IMG/VR virus record: IMGVR_UViG_3300022660_000043
DNA: 64,000 bases
Strand: one strand, 5' to 3'
Source: a virus
Lineage: Duplodnaviria; Caudoviricetes
This document shows positions 11,190-20,350 of the stretch, piece by piece (the first letter of the stretch is position 1; each line of letters begins with the position of its first letter). Both the position numbers and the translations under genes were made by a program. Under the pieces are notes generated by a model. The model was given only the letters and a program-made list of their open reading frames with translations. It searched no databases and was not told where the DNA came from.

Positions 11190-11317
11190 TGGTATATGCT
11201 CCTCCTAAATATATTCCAGAGCCTAGACTATACCATGCAGAGCTCTGTCATTTAATTTAGCGGATAAATTATTACACAAAAAATAAAAGCTAGGTTTATG
11301 CAACCTAGCTAAAAAAT

Positions 11318-11392
11318 TGGAGCTGGCGATAGGAGTCGAACCTACAACCTGCTGATTACAAGTCAGCTGCTCTGCCATTGAGCCACACCAGC
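11318..11392 (-). tRNA. trnT: tRNA-Thr(UGU)
   Basis: Cloverleaf, anticodon arm CTGAC-TTGTAA-TCAG, CCA encoded. Confidence 0.95.
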
Positions 11393-11480
11393 ATGTTGTA
11401 CTACTCAACCCGTTATTTGTTAGTACTCTACTCAGATTCATTTGCAACGGGGAGCGAACTGAACCTTCTGAGTATTTAAT

Positions 11481-11555
11481 TGGGTGCGGGGAGTGGATTC
11501 GAACCACTGACCTCCAGCTTATGAGGCTGGTAAGCTACCACTGCTATACCCCGCA
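11481..11555 (-). tRNA. trnM: tRNA-Met(CAU), initiator-like acceptor stem
   Basis: TGCGGGG acceptor, CCAGC-CTCATAA-GCTGG. Confidence 0.9.
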
Positions 11556-11561
11556 ATATAT

Positions 11562-11851
11562 GGTCCAACTGTTTTTAGTAAATATCTGATAATTTGAAAA
11601 GAAATAAGTATGGACTCTATGTAAAAACGGCTTAGCTGTTAACTGTATTGGTTAGCGGGACGTTTAACCCGCTCATAATTAATTCTAGAAATAAGCATAA
11701 GCTCTACAAAGTTTTTTAAATTTAGGCCTGACTACTATGTATACCTACTATTCATCTAGAAAAGAAATAAGTACAGGCTCTGTTATAATAAATTGGCCAA
11801 ACTGCTACTTTTAAAATCCCAAATTTTATGTAAGAAATAAGTATTGGCTCT
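11562..11851 (-). ncRNA. Tandem array of 4 short bulged-stem RNAs (family A, Y-RNA-like)
   Basis: Units 11562-11618, 11629-11705, 11725-11781, 11795-11851. Each reads AGAG-N4-U-RCU-UAUUUCU...AGY-N4'-CC with compensatory changes; promoter at 11857-11866. Confidence 0.8.
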
Positions 11852-11856
11852 ATATT

Positions 11857-11866
11857 ATTATACAAT
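11857..11866 (-). promoter_or_regulatory. Recurrent sigmaA-like extended -10 promoter (ATTGTATAAT)
   Basis: Same 10-mer also at about 13352, 18366, 19818, 21576, 27079, 53671, 56191, 61320, mostly intergenic and upstream of minus-strand units. Confidence 0.75.
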
Positions 11867-11903
11867 ATATATTTTATTTTTTTGCTATTATTTTAGCAAA
11901 TTT

Positions 11904-12116
11904 TTACCAAGGCATTTCCTCTTCTGCATCTACAATTTCTCTCATTTGACCGGAGAAAATAGATACATCGCGCTCATCTACAATCAAAGCTCTTGACTTG
12001 TATGTATGACCAAGGTCATTGGTAAGTCTATAAGTTTTTCCTATCTCAAGATTAAGGTCTGAAAGAAACTCATAAGTATTCCTTCCGTAATGAAATTCTA
12101 CTTCATAAACTTTCAT
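11904..12116 (-). CDS. Hypothetical protein
   Basis: 70-aa ORF with GAGGAG SD. Confidence 0.7.
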   Translation of the reverse strand: MKVYEVEFHYGRNTYEFLSDLNLEIGKTYRLTNDLGHTYKSRALIVDERDVSIFSGQMREIVDAEEEMPW

Positions 12117-12138
12117 AAGACAAACTCCTCAAAATTTT

Positions 12139-12215
12139 TGGCACGCCTTATTGGATTCGAACCAATGACTTACTGCTTAGAAGGCAGTTACTCTGTCCAG
12201 CTGAGTTAAAGGCGC
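12139..12215 (-). tRNA. trnR: tRNA-Arg(UCU)
   Basis: Cloverleaf, loop CTTCTAA, CCA. Confidence 0.95.
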
Positions 12216-12218
12216 TTA

Positions 12219-12293
12219 TGGCACGCAGTACAGGAATCGAACCCATACCTTGTGGTCCGTAGCCACACGTTCTGTCCTTTAAACTAACCGCGC
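12219..12293 (-). tRNA. trnR: tRNA-Arg(ACG)
   Basis: Loop CTACGGA, CCA. Confidence 0.9.
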
Positions 12294-12307
12294 AAAATAT
12301 AATTTAA

Positions 12308-12383
12308 TGGTACTCGATACGGGATTCGAACCCATGTTTTTAGCGTGAGAGGCTAACTTCCTGGCCAACTAGAAGAATCGAGC
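12308..12383 (-). tRNA. trnE: tRNA-Glu(CUC)
   Basis: TTAGC-CTCTCAC-GCTAA, CCA. Confidence 0.9.
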
Positions 12384-12454
12384 ATAAAATACTAATTGAC
12401 AGGGGCTACATCCCTGTCTTAACAGCATCCTTTCAGACAATTAGTATATATGGT

Positions 12455-13343
12455 AAGAAGGTTAAAAGACTGAGAATACATCTTCATAATTGCTACGGCT
12501 TAATGACCTTATTGATTAGTCACTTTTCCACTTCCTTTTGGGAAGTACCGCTCATGCCTGCAATTCGTCACCCCAGCACAAGGGCTCCAGGCTTGCTTTC
12601 GCCTTTACAGAAACAATTACTCGATTATCACTCCACTATCAACCTTGCGGGCTGTTCGAGGTTGCTACGCCTCTATAGATTCGTTTCAATCAAATACCAA
12701 ATGCTTGTGACACTTGATATCCCAGATTGCTTACCACTCTGGGCTTAAGACACTTTTCTTTGTTTCCAACAATAGGTTTTTACTCATGACATTGTTTTCC
12801 TATGACAACCGCTCTGCCTACTGAGCTACCGGCGTATAAAAGAGATAAGTGCTAATTATCTCTATAGATAAAATTGGCACGCCGGGTGGGACTCGAACCC
12901 ACGCTAAGTTGAGATTTGACAGAAGACAGACTATTGTTGTAGTTCTCACACCTTTTGAGTGCAAGAATGCTACCCGCCTTCAACACTTTCCTTGGCTTCG
13001 TACTCGTATTTCTTATACCCACCGTAGCAGATATAAATGGAAGTCGCCCTTGCTTGCTAAAACTTGAACTATTTTACTTCCTGTAGCTTACCTTACCTCA
13101 TCAAATCCTTTTGCGTTGAAACCAGCTCCTTGCGAGAGCGAAAATAGTTCAGTCAGTTGACCCTACAACTATTTTCTTTTCATTTCATCATTGACAAGTT
13201 AGAACATGGGGTTAGCATATTCGTAAGAATCTTTTCAATTCTTACAGGTCCCGTCACACATTGCCTGAGGTACTGTTCATCACAGCGGAGTCTTGTCAGT
13301 ATACTCCTTTCATTCCCTTACGGGAAGTTATCGGTCAGGCCCG
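12455..13343 (-). ncRNA. Large structured ncRNA, GOLLD-like, containing a circularly permuted tRNA domain
   Basis: About 890 nt with no credible ORF, starting just after the promoter at 13352. Many GNRA/CAAAAGG hairpins and a 3' ...GUAUUCUCAG end resembling GOLLD as recalled; lies in a tRNA array. Confidence 0.55.
12807..12912 (-). ncRNA. Circularly permuted tRNA-like domain
   Basis: T-arm + CCGGCGU-GCCA (12875-12903) precedes ACGCCGG + D-arm (12811-12835); hairpin spacer between them. Confidence 0.8.
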
Positions 13344-13400
13344 TATATTATATTATACAATATAATTTTTAAAATTTTAATTTAATTTTTAAAAAATTTT

Positions 13401-13524
13401 AGGCTGTTTATTTCATTCCATTTACTACAGCTTCTGGTATTCACGACTATGTACAGTTGGACCCTCTACCACTTAAGGATAGCTCCCTCTATCGGTATAT
13501 ACACATGTCTGCTTCGTAGCACCT
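13401..13524 (-). ncRNA. Family B scaffold RNA copy 1
   Basis: AGGUGCUACGAAGC...AGCUGUAGUAAAUGGA...AAACAGCCU. Confidence 0.75.
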
Positions 13525-13528
13525 ATTA

Positions 13529-13615
13529 GTATCTTCAATAATATTCTCGCAACCTAAACTATCACGCCATAGCGGCGATGTGGGATTTCAACCCATGCCT
13601 TTATTCCGTCGATAC
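13529..13615 (-). ncRNA. Permuted tRNA-like (YrlA-like) RNA
   Basis: GUAUC/GAUAC closing stem, T-arm AUGGG-UUGAAAU-CCCAC, loop-closed acceptor stem, D-like arm. Confidence 0.55.
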
Positions 13616-13628
13616 ATTATAAAATAAT

Positions 13629-13786
13629 GAGCTGTTTTCACTTCCATTAACCACTAAACCATTTATACCTGTTCGGGGAGCTTTACTCCATAATTAGAGT
13701 CCTCTGCCGACGGCACATGCTAACACCGACAAGTTCTTAACACTCCGCTTGAGCATGCTGGGACTGTATAAATTCTTAGTGCACTC
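13629..13786 (-). ncRNA. Family B scaffold RNA copy 2 (divergent)
   Basis: GAGUGCACUAA...UUAGUGGUUAAUGGA...AAACAGCUC. Confidence 0.6.
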
Positions 13787-13789
13787 TTT

Positions 13790-13864
13790 TGGTAGCGGGT
13801 ACGGGAATCGAACCCGTCTCTCCGGCTTGAAGGGCCGGCGTCTTAGCCGCTTGACTAACCCGCC
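13790..13864 (-). tRNA. trnE: tRNA-Glu(UUC)
   Basis: Glu-type D arm GTCAAGCGGCTAAGAC; loop CCTTCAA (C33). Confidence 0.85.
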
Positions 13865-14290
13865 ATATTACTTTTACAATCATACCAGTTCAAAAGTAAT
13901 AAACGAAAGGGAGTTTACTCACGGTTATCTCGCCGTCGCTGCTCTGGTATTTCTTAGTCTGCGCAATTATATCACTATATAAGTGAAACCAGTGGGTGTG
14001 AAGGCAGGACTTAAACCTACTTATAACTCATTACTAAGTACATGGTACCGAAGTACATCACCTACTTTTCACTTCAACAAATCGGTCGTTATGCTTACAG
14101 CTGATATCATAACTTACCTATTGTAGCGTTGTCACCGGCATATGCTCCCGGCCGCCTCGATGCTTCGACTTCTTCACGATATTAAATGGCGATCTTAAGG
14201 TCGACCAACCGCACATCCTTTTACGTTGTACACTCTTAGCTAGCCAGTATACAACTCTGACCCAAAAGATATTTGCTATAAACGGCAACG

Positions 14291-14366
14291 TGGCTCGGGA
14301 TACAGGGCTCGAACCTGTGACAACGCGGTTAACAGCCGCGGGCTCTACCAACTGAGCTAATCCCGA
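14291..14366 (-). tRNA. trnN: tRNA-Asn(GUU)
   Basis: CGCGG-CTGTTAA-CCGCG, CCA. Confidence 0.95.
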
Positions 14367-14448
14367 ATATTAATGTGCCAAAAACTCCTCGAGAGTCACT
14401 TTTGCGCCCTCTAACGTGCAAAACAATGGACTTTATGTTTTTCTATCT

Positions 14449-14525
14449 TGGCGACTCCAGCGGGACTCGAACCCGCGGCCTTCAGCGTGACAGGCTGACG
14501 TGATAACCAGCTTCACCATGGAGCC
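14449..14525 (-). tRNA. trnD: tRNA-Asp(GUC)
   Basis: TCAGC-CTGTCAC-GCTGA, CCA. Confidence 0.95.
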
Positions 14526-14547
14526 ATAAAGGGCATTTAGCCCAAAA

Positions 14548-15579
14548 TTATAATTTACCTAAAAATTTATACTGAATAGTTGAATTTCTAATAAGCTCAG
14601 AGTCTAACAACTCCATAAGTTCTTCATAACTTTGTATATTAGATAACATATTCAAAACTATGCTGCTAGAACTTAAATGTCGTAAATACATTTTACAAAC
14701 CTTAATAGCATCTTTTAAATGTACAGCAGAATTAAAATTATTTTTATAAACTAGATGTTTTTTTAAAACAGTTATTAATCTTTCTGAAGTTAAATCGTCT
14801 ATAAATTCGCCTTTTAATAAAGCTAAAGAATCTTGAAAGATAAATGGATTTCCCATAGCGCCTCTAGCAATCATTACACTATCTACTTCACAATACTCAA
14901 ACATTCTTAAAACATCCCGAGCATTAAAAAGATCACCATTACCTACTACAGGTATCTTAACTGCTTTTTTCGCTTTCTTAATATTATCTAGACTATTTGT
15001 ATTACATTTATAAGCATCAGTATAAGTTCTACCATGAACCGTAATAAAATCAACACCACAGCTTTCAGCCATACGTGCAAAATCAACAACATTTACAGAT
15101 TTAGCATCCCAACCAGTACGAATCTTTATACTTAAGGGTAAATTAGTAGATGATCTGGCTGCGCGTATAACTTTTTCAGCTCTTTTTAAGTCTTTCAGAA
15201 AACAAGCCCCTTCATTCAAATTAATGATATTAATATTTGGACATCCCATATTTAAATCAATAACTTTAGGCAATGTAGTAACTTTACGACCTAAATATTT
15301 ACCAGAAGATAAAGCCCCTATACAAAAAGCTGTATCTTTTTCAGCAAAACACCGTAGTTGCACGCCAATTGGCTCGGTACTTTCGTAGTCAATAATAGCA
15401 GCATTATTAAAAGTTGTAGCTAACTTATTCGTCTGCTCCTTAAAAAAACCACGAGTTGATACAAACTCTGTAAAACAAAATTCTGCTCCAAAATCTAAAC
15501 AAATTTTACGAAAAGCTTTATCTGTAATATTTGTCAATGGTGCTAGCATAAGCTTCGGCGGAATAAATTTATTACTCAT
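14548..15579 (-). CDS. dus: tRNA-dihydrouridine synthase (DusB-like)
   Basis: LAPL, IDLNMGCP, KIRTGWD, VHGRT, GNGD, MIARGAMGNP motifs. Confidence 0.92.
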   Translation of the reverse strand: MSNKFIPPKLMLAPLTNITDKAFRKICLDFGAEFCFTEFVSTRGFFKEQTNKLATTFNNAAIIDYESTEPIGVQLRCFAEKDTAFCIGALSSGKYLGRKVTTLPKVIDLNMGCPNINIINLNEGACFLKDLKRAEKVIRAARSSTNLPLSIKIRTGWDAKSVNVVDFARMAESCGVDFITVHGRTYTDAYKCNTNSLDNIKKAKKAVKIPVVGNGDLFNARDVLRMFEYCEVDSVMIARGAMGNPFIFQDSLALLKGEFIDDLTSERLITVLKKHLVYKNNFNSAVHLKDAIKVCKMYLRHLSSSSIVLNMLSNIQSYEELMELLDSELIRNSTIQYKFLGKL

Positions 15580-15599
15580 ATAAACCCCCTAGCTTACTT

Positions 15600-15682
15600 T
15601 GGTGCGGGCGAAGAGACTTGAACTCTTACGTACTGGACACTAGATCCTAAGTCTAGCGCGTCTGCCATTCCGCCACGCCCGC
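15600..15682 (-). tRNA. trnL: tRNA-Leu(UAG)
   Basis: CTAGA-CTTAGGA-TCTAG, variable arm, CCA. Confidence 0.95.
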
Positions 15683-15686
15683 ATAT

Positions 15687-15815
15687 AGTATCCCTAACAA
15701 GCCTCGCACTTGTATCTTTGGATTATCGTCCAATGCTCTAGCCTACCGGACCTCTGAAAACTAAGCTTATACCATTCGTAGCTTTCATAACCTTTTGAGC
15801 TATTATTGAGATACT
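15687..15815 (-). ncRNA. tRNA-like RNA with about 50-nt D-loop insertion
   Basis: AGTATCTC/GGGATACT stem, GCTC-AAAAGG[insert]CTA-GAGC, TTGGA-CGATAA-TCCAA, ACAAG-TGCGAGG-CTTGT. Confidence 0.55.
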
Positions 15816-15920
15816 GAAAATTATACGCCGAACATCCTATTGGCACGCTTTCACCTTGCGGGACTTCTATTGTTTATTTGCTAGCAGAATTTGAACCATT
15901 AACTATGGCGTATTTTTTTC

Positions 15921-15996
15921 TGGTGGACCCAAAGGGGATCGAACCCTTGACCCCAAGCTTGCAAAGCTTGTGCTCTCCCAGCTGAGCTATGGGCCC
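15921..15996 (-). tRNA. trnA: tRNA-Ala(UGC)
   Basis: Loop TTTGCAA, G3:U70, CCA. Confidence 0.95.
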
Positions 15997-16010
15997 ATAT
16001 TTATTTTTAT

Positions 16011-16096
16011 TGGTGGGAGGGGTGGGAGTCGAACCCACTCACCACGAGGGAACGGATTTACAGTCCGCCGCGACTCTCCGACTTCGCCGCCCTCCC
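16011..16096 (-). tRNA. trnY: tRNA-Tyr(GUA)
   Basis: Loop CTGTAAA, variable arm, CCA. Confidence 0.95.
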
Positions 16097-16247
16097 ATAA
16101 AAACTCGTCTTTCCGAGTTGTCAAATAAGGTGACCATAAACCAATCTTAGCCGAAGTTTTAACCTTATTTATCTCTCACTGCCATCATCAATGAAAGCCT
16201 TAGCAAGTTCTTTTTGTGTGCCTCAGATGGAAGACTACACACGGTAT

Positions 16248-16340
16248 TGGCGGAGGCGGCTGGATTTGAACCAGCGGAGGAGTATTAAGCCCCTCGGCTC
16301 CTTAGCAGGGAGCTGGTTTAAGCCTCTCACCCACGCCTCC
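16248..16340 (-). tRNA. trnS: tRNA-Ser(GCU)
   Basis: Loop CTGCTAA, long variable arm, CCA. Confidence 0.95.
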
Positions 16341-16564
16341 ATACCATACAATATAATATACGACATGAGTTTTTATTTTTTAGCTACTTACCATTAATTT
16401 AGCAGATAAAATAAAATAATTTTAATAAAAATATCAGGTCTCTGTTATTTACCTCATACCCTAATGGAATCGAACCATATCCCCTCCCGTTTTTAACCTG
16501 ATTAACGCGGCGAGAATGACCCTCTGAGCGCAGAATCGAACTGCAATAACAGTGTTTTATGTAA

Positions 16565-16816
16565 TTAGATATGAAACAAATTATAAATGCACTTATAAAT
16601 GAACATACATGGTGATACAATACCAAGGGCAATCCAAGTAAGTACACAACCAACCCAGTTCATTTTAGTGCCACGCTTTAGAGAGGCAGGTGATAATAAT
16701 TTATATTCTTTCTTATTATCACAACAACTTTTCCATTCTGCACCTTCAATAGCACATGGAAAAATCAAAATAAATGCAAAGAATATAATAACAGCTGCCC
16801 ATTGCTGAGGTGCCAT
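16565..16816 (-). CDS. Small membrane protein
   Basis: 83 aa, two hydrophobic segments. Confidence 0.65.
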   Translation of the reverse strand: MAPQQWAAVIIFFAFILIFPCAIEGAEWKSCCDNKKEYKLLSPASLKRGTKMNWVGCVLTWIALGIVSPCMFIYKCIYNLFHI

Positions 16817-16947
16817 TAAAGCTGTGCCTCAAGAGCTCTGCGCTTGCGAAGCTGCTTCTTAATGATAGGTGCATTCAGAGTCTCGCCACGAGACTTAAGA
16901 ATACCAATTCTGATATCAATAGCCTTGATCTTATCTTCTACAGTCAT
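16816..16947 (-). CDS. Small basic protein (43 aa)
   Basis: Not in track: MTVEDKIKAIDIRIGILKSRGETLNAPIIKKQLRKRRALEAQL; stop overlaps next ATG. Confidence 0.65.
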   Translation of the reverse strand: MTVEDKIKAIDIRIGILKSRGETLNAPIIKKQLRKRRALEAQL

Positions 16948-16952
16948 AATTC

Positions 16953-17480
16953 TTAATTCCCTTCATTTTGATTTGTTAGTGGTACATTAATACCTTGAAT
17001 AAACCCGCGAGCAGGTGGTACCCTTACAGCATTACTTCCAGAAGTAGGTGGAGCTGGAGGTTTTTGAGGACTACCTTGAGGTTGATATGGACGTCCAGAA
17101 CCATTATTACCTTGTGGCCCTGCTGCTTGATTGGGCTGCATATTTGGTGATCTCTGAGGAGGATTATTTGGCATTCTACCAGCCATAGGAGATAGAACCC
17201 TACCAGATCTCATATCAGGCGGCTGATGCTGATTATCATTTTCTGCTTTAAGCTTATCCATAATCAGCATATTTATTGTTGCTCTTATATTCAGAAGATC
17301 TTGAACAGATAAAGCATCTTTTTCAAGCTTTGTAATATCTTTAGGTAAAGCAATAATTCTATCACCATATAGCTTTCTAAGTTGCTGCATTGAATTATTT
17401 AGCCCTTGAGGACTAGTACCTAATTTATAATACAATACATGAATCTTCTTTTCTTCTGTTTCTTTAAGAATTTTTTCCAT
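16953..17480 (-). CDS. Hypothetical protein with Pro/Gln/Asn-rich disordered C-terminus
   Basis: 175 aa, translationally coupled to the peptidase gene. Confidence 0.75.
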   Translation of the reverse strand: MEKILKETEEKKIHVLYYKLGTSPQGLNNSMQQLRKLYGDRIIALPKDITKLEKDALSVQDLLNIRATINMLIMDKLKAENDNQHQPPDMRSGRVLSPMAGRMPNNPPQRSPNMQPNQAAGPQGNNGSGRPYQPQGSPQKPPAPPTSGSNAVRVPPARGFIQGINVPLTNQNEGN

Positions 17481-18310
17481 TACTTTTTCTTAAACAAGCG
17501 GCCAAAGAAATTAATAATCTTATTAAAAACTCTTACATACCACTTATCGGTAGGTCTTACGATATTCTCATCATCTACAATAGAATCAGTAATTAACCAA
17601 GCTTCGTACCACTTGAAATCAAAAGGAAGAATAAACTTTCCTTTACGACCCCATCCATGACCCCAGCTGTTCTGAACAAGCCAACCTTGCTCATTCCAGC
17701 CATAGATAAGTACTGCATGACAGCCACGAGTTTCAGGATTCTCAAAAGTATAGACTCCATCCTTAAGCTTATAATCTACATGCCAAGGCATTGAAATAAG
17801 CACAGGTCCATACTTCATAAGAGCCTGCTTAACACCAGTAGTAGAATTTACTTGCATATAAGTTGAGACTCTGTGAGGATAAGCTACTTCCTTAAGCTCT
17901 TCTAATTGAGCATTTACTGCTTCCATAGCTTCCGGACAATCATGGTTGCCTCTAAGCTTCGTGAGCGGTACATCTCCGACTTTTTGAAGAGTCTTAAGTG
18001 CCTCTCTTGGATACATGCCCTCACCTACATAATAGCCATCTGGGCGATAGCCATAAATAAATTCTGTACTGAAAATAGTATTTTCACCAGTCTGACGCTT
18101 ACTGTGGAACTCTACAACTGAAGAACAAGCATGAGCTACACAGCTTCCGGTACTTCCCTGATCTTTCACTGCGATATTTACATTAACATTTTCATTTGCT
18201 GTGCAATCAAACGTATCTGGAAGTGGTGTTTCTGCTACACATGCAAACTTATAATCTCGCACATCATATGGAGAAATTAGATTTGTAAACCTACGATCTT
18301 CAACTCGCAT
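17480..18310 (-). CDS. Papain-like cysteine peptidase (C1)
   Basis: QGSTGSC (catalytic Cys), GCHAVLIYGW (His), QNSWG (Asn). Confidence 0.92.
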   Translation of the reverse strand: MRVEDRRFTNLISPYDVRDYKFACVAETPLPDTFDCTANENVNVNIAVKDQGSTGSCVAHACSSVVEFHSKRQTGENTIFSTEFIYGYRPDGYYVGEGMYPREALKTLQKVGDVPLTKLRGNHDCPEAMEAVNAQLEELKEVAYPHRVSTYMQVNSTTGVKQALMKYGPVLISMPWHVDYKLKDGVYTFENPETRGCHAVLIYGWNEQGWLVQNSWGHGWGRKGKFILPFDFKWYEAWLITDSIVDDENIVRPTDKWYVRVFNKIINFFGRLFKKK

Positions 18311-18617
18311 TAAAGAACTCCTTAAAATATAAAAAAATAATATTGAAGCTAAAAGACTTCAATATATTATACAATATATTTAATATTATTTTAAGCATTT
18401 TGCCAGAGGTATTTCAGATAGCTTTTAGCGTACTACATTAAAAATGTCTACTTGCGTTCAACCCCAGTCTTGCTATCAAGGCGTTTGGACTCACTTTACT
18501 AGCTTCCTACCTGTAATATGATACAAGTCTATGTAAAGGTTCGGTGATGCCACTTGTATACCGCTGCTTTCCCTCTTCCCTTGCGGTGACCGTTTATTCT
18601 TAGCTACGGACAAACTT

Positions 18618-18693
18618 TGGAGCTGACACCCAGACTTGAACTGGGGACCTCATCCTTACCAAGGATGTGCTCTACCAACTGAGCCATGCCAGC
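18618..18693 (-). tRNA. trnT: tRNA-Thr(GGU)
   Basis: CATCC-TTGGTAA-GGATG. Confidence 0.95.
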
Positions 18694-18696
18694 AAA

Positions 18697-18772
18697 TGGT
18701 ACAGCCCTAAAGAGTCGAACTTTATGTGCCGGCTTATAAGGCCGGTCCTCAATACCGTCGAGGACGAGCTGC
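18697..18772 (-). tRNA. trnI: tRNA-Ile(UAU)
   Basis: CCGGC-CTTATAA-GCCGG, atypical D arm, CCA. Confidence 0.8.
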
Positions 18773-18788
18773 ATAATATAATATAAAA

Positions 18789-18865
18789 TGGTGGAAGGGA
18801 TGGGTATCGAACCCATGTCCTCTGGTTTTTCAGACCAGCGCTCAGACCTCCTAAGCTACCCTTCC
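18789..18865 (-). tRNA. trnF: tRNA-Phe(GAA)
   Basis: CTGGT-CTGAAAA-ACCAG. Confidence 0.95.
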
Positions 18866-18868
18866 AAG

Positions 18869-18943
18869 TGGTCGGGATGACAGGAGTCGAACCTGCCTGA
18901 TCTAGTTCCCAAAACTAGCGCGTAGCCGATACGCTACATCCCG
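18869..18943 (-). tRNA. trnP: tRNA-Pro(UGG)
   Basis: CTAGT-TTTGGGA-ACTAG. Confidence 0.93.
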
Positions 18944-19194
18944 AAATATTGCCAGTCAAAGCCTTTTTGTGCTGTTCTCACATTATCTTACTGGCTGGGT
19001 GGGTGAATTTTAATTAGCCACTATCACCGTCGTGGCGCGCCTAATGAACAGCTAGCGTGGCAACCGGCGGACTACGTACCTTTCTAACTCATTGAGTTTG
19101 CAACCTCTCCGAGGAACATCCTTTCGCACACGAGGGCCCGTAACTTTGAGCCGGCTTTGTTATTCGACGAAAACTAGTATAAACCGAACCGGTC

Positions 19195-19270
19195 TGGTGC
19201 ACCTTCAGGGATTCGAACCCGGGACCTAAGCATTAAGAGTGCCTTGCTCTACCAACTGAGCTAAAGGTGC
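19195..19270 (-). tRNA. trnK: tRNA-Lys(CUU)
   Basis: Loop CTCTTAA, CCA. Confidence 0.93.
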
Positions 19271-19273
19271 ATA

Positions 19274-19349
19274 TGGTGCGGAGTACTGGGTTCGAACCAG
19301 TGACCCCCTGTTTGTAAGACAGGTGCTCTCCCAGCTGAGCTAACCCCGC
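19274..19349 (-). tRNA. trnV: tRNA-Val(UAC)
   Basis: CCTGT-CTTACAA-ACAGG. Confidence 0.95.
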
Positions 19350-19356
19350 AAGAGCA

Positions 19357-19692
19357 TTAAATACTTAATGCTGCAAGTACTAATATAATAGTCACAATAG
19401 TACTAAAAAATCTTAAACCTAAAGAAAAAATTCTTGGCTTATGGTGACACAGAACATGTTCATCATCCTCTCCTTCACCCTCATGCTTAGGCTTTTCAGG
19501 TAAAGTAATATGACAAACACCACACGGACAACAAGCTAAACCTGTATGTTCCTTATTAAGATACACATTATCAATACTATGATCATGGGTATTTAGCTGA
19601 GTAATATAACCATAAATTCTAAAACCAACAGCTAAACAACAGCCAATAATCAATAAACAAATTAATAGTATATCCAATATTTTATGTGCCAT
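19357..19692 (-). CDS. Two-TM membrane protein with Cys/His-rich loop
   Basis: 111 aa, AAGGAG SD, CCPCGVCH motif. Confidence 0.7.
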   Translation of the reverse strand: MAHKILDILLICLLIIGCCLAVGFRIYGYITQLNTHDHSIDNVYLNKEHTGLACCPCGVCHITLPEKPKHEGEGEDDEHVLCHHKPRIFSLGLRFFSTIVTIILVLAALSI

Positions 19693-19712
19693 AAGTATCT
19701 CCTTAGATATGC

Positions 19713-19786
19713 TGGAGCAATATACGAGAGTCGAACTCGTGACTCAACCTTGGCAAGGTCACGTTTTACCGCTAAACTAATACTGC
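19713..19786 (-). tRNA. trnG: tRNA-Gly(GCC)
   Basis: Loop TTGCCAA, U73, CCA. Confidence 0.93.
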
Positions 19787-20105
19787 ATTAAAAATGTTAT
19801 TTTTATTTTTACTACATATTATACAATAACTTATTTTGTTTTCTACGGTTCTTCCTAGAAGTTTTTATAAGCTTCTTGTAAAATGAACACTTTTTATTTT
19901 TTCTGCACTTAGTACCGTAATAATCACACCAAGCGCATTCTTTTGTTGTTAATTTTTTGTAAGAATTAGTTTTCATAAATATAAAAGGTGCCTAAAGCGA
20001 TCCTGGTAGGTGTTTTATCCTTTCAGTGTTAAAGACGTATCCATCCTTGCTTTAACTTCTTCCAGTTTCTTTGTAAGACTTGATGGCTGTTACTTACAAC
20101 GCATT

Positions 20106-20182
20106 TGGAGGTAACAATTGGATTCGAACCAATGAATAACGCTTTTGCAGAGCGCCCTCTTAAGCCACTCGAGCATGTTACC
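20106..20182 (-). tRNA. trnC: tRNA-Cys(GCA)
   Basis: Loop CTGCAAA, U73, CCA. Confidence 0.93.
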
Positions 20183-20274
20183 ATATACCTTCTGCTTTGT
20201 GTATCTGTACAGCAGACAAAAGGATTTTTAGAAGTGGAGCCTACCCTGTTAAGAGTATAAAAGATACGCACCAC

Positions 20275-20350
20275 TGGACCAAGATACCAGACTCGAACTG
20301 GCCCTTACTGCTTGGAAGGCAGTCGTGCTAGCCACTGACACTAATCCTGG
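20275..20350 (-). tRNA. trnG: tRNA-Gly(UCC)
   Basis: ACTGC-CTTCCAA-GCAGT. Confidence 0.93.

Noticed and set aside
11562-11851. CRISPR array interpretation of family A (and of family B at 45417-45979)
   Set aside because: Repeats vary with compensatory pairing, spacer lengths are irregular and no cas genes are present.
12807-12912. Two-piece tmRNA
   Set aside because: No G3:U70 Ala identity, discriminator is G, a real D arm is present and no tag ORF was recognised.
13992-14078. Possible further tRNA-like gene
   Set aside because: Only a T-like hairpin and a weak acceptor stem; too degenerate to call.
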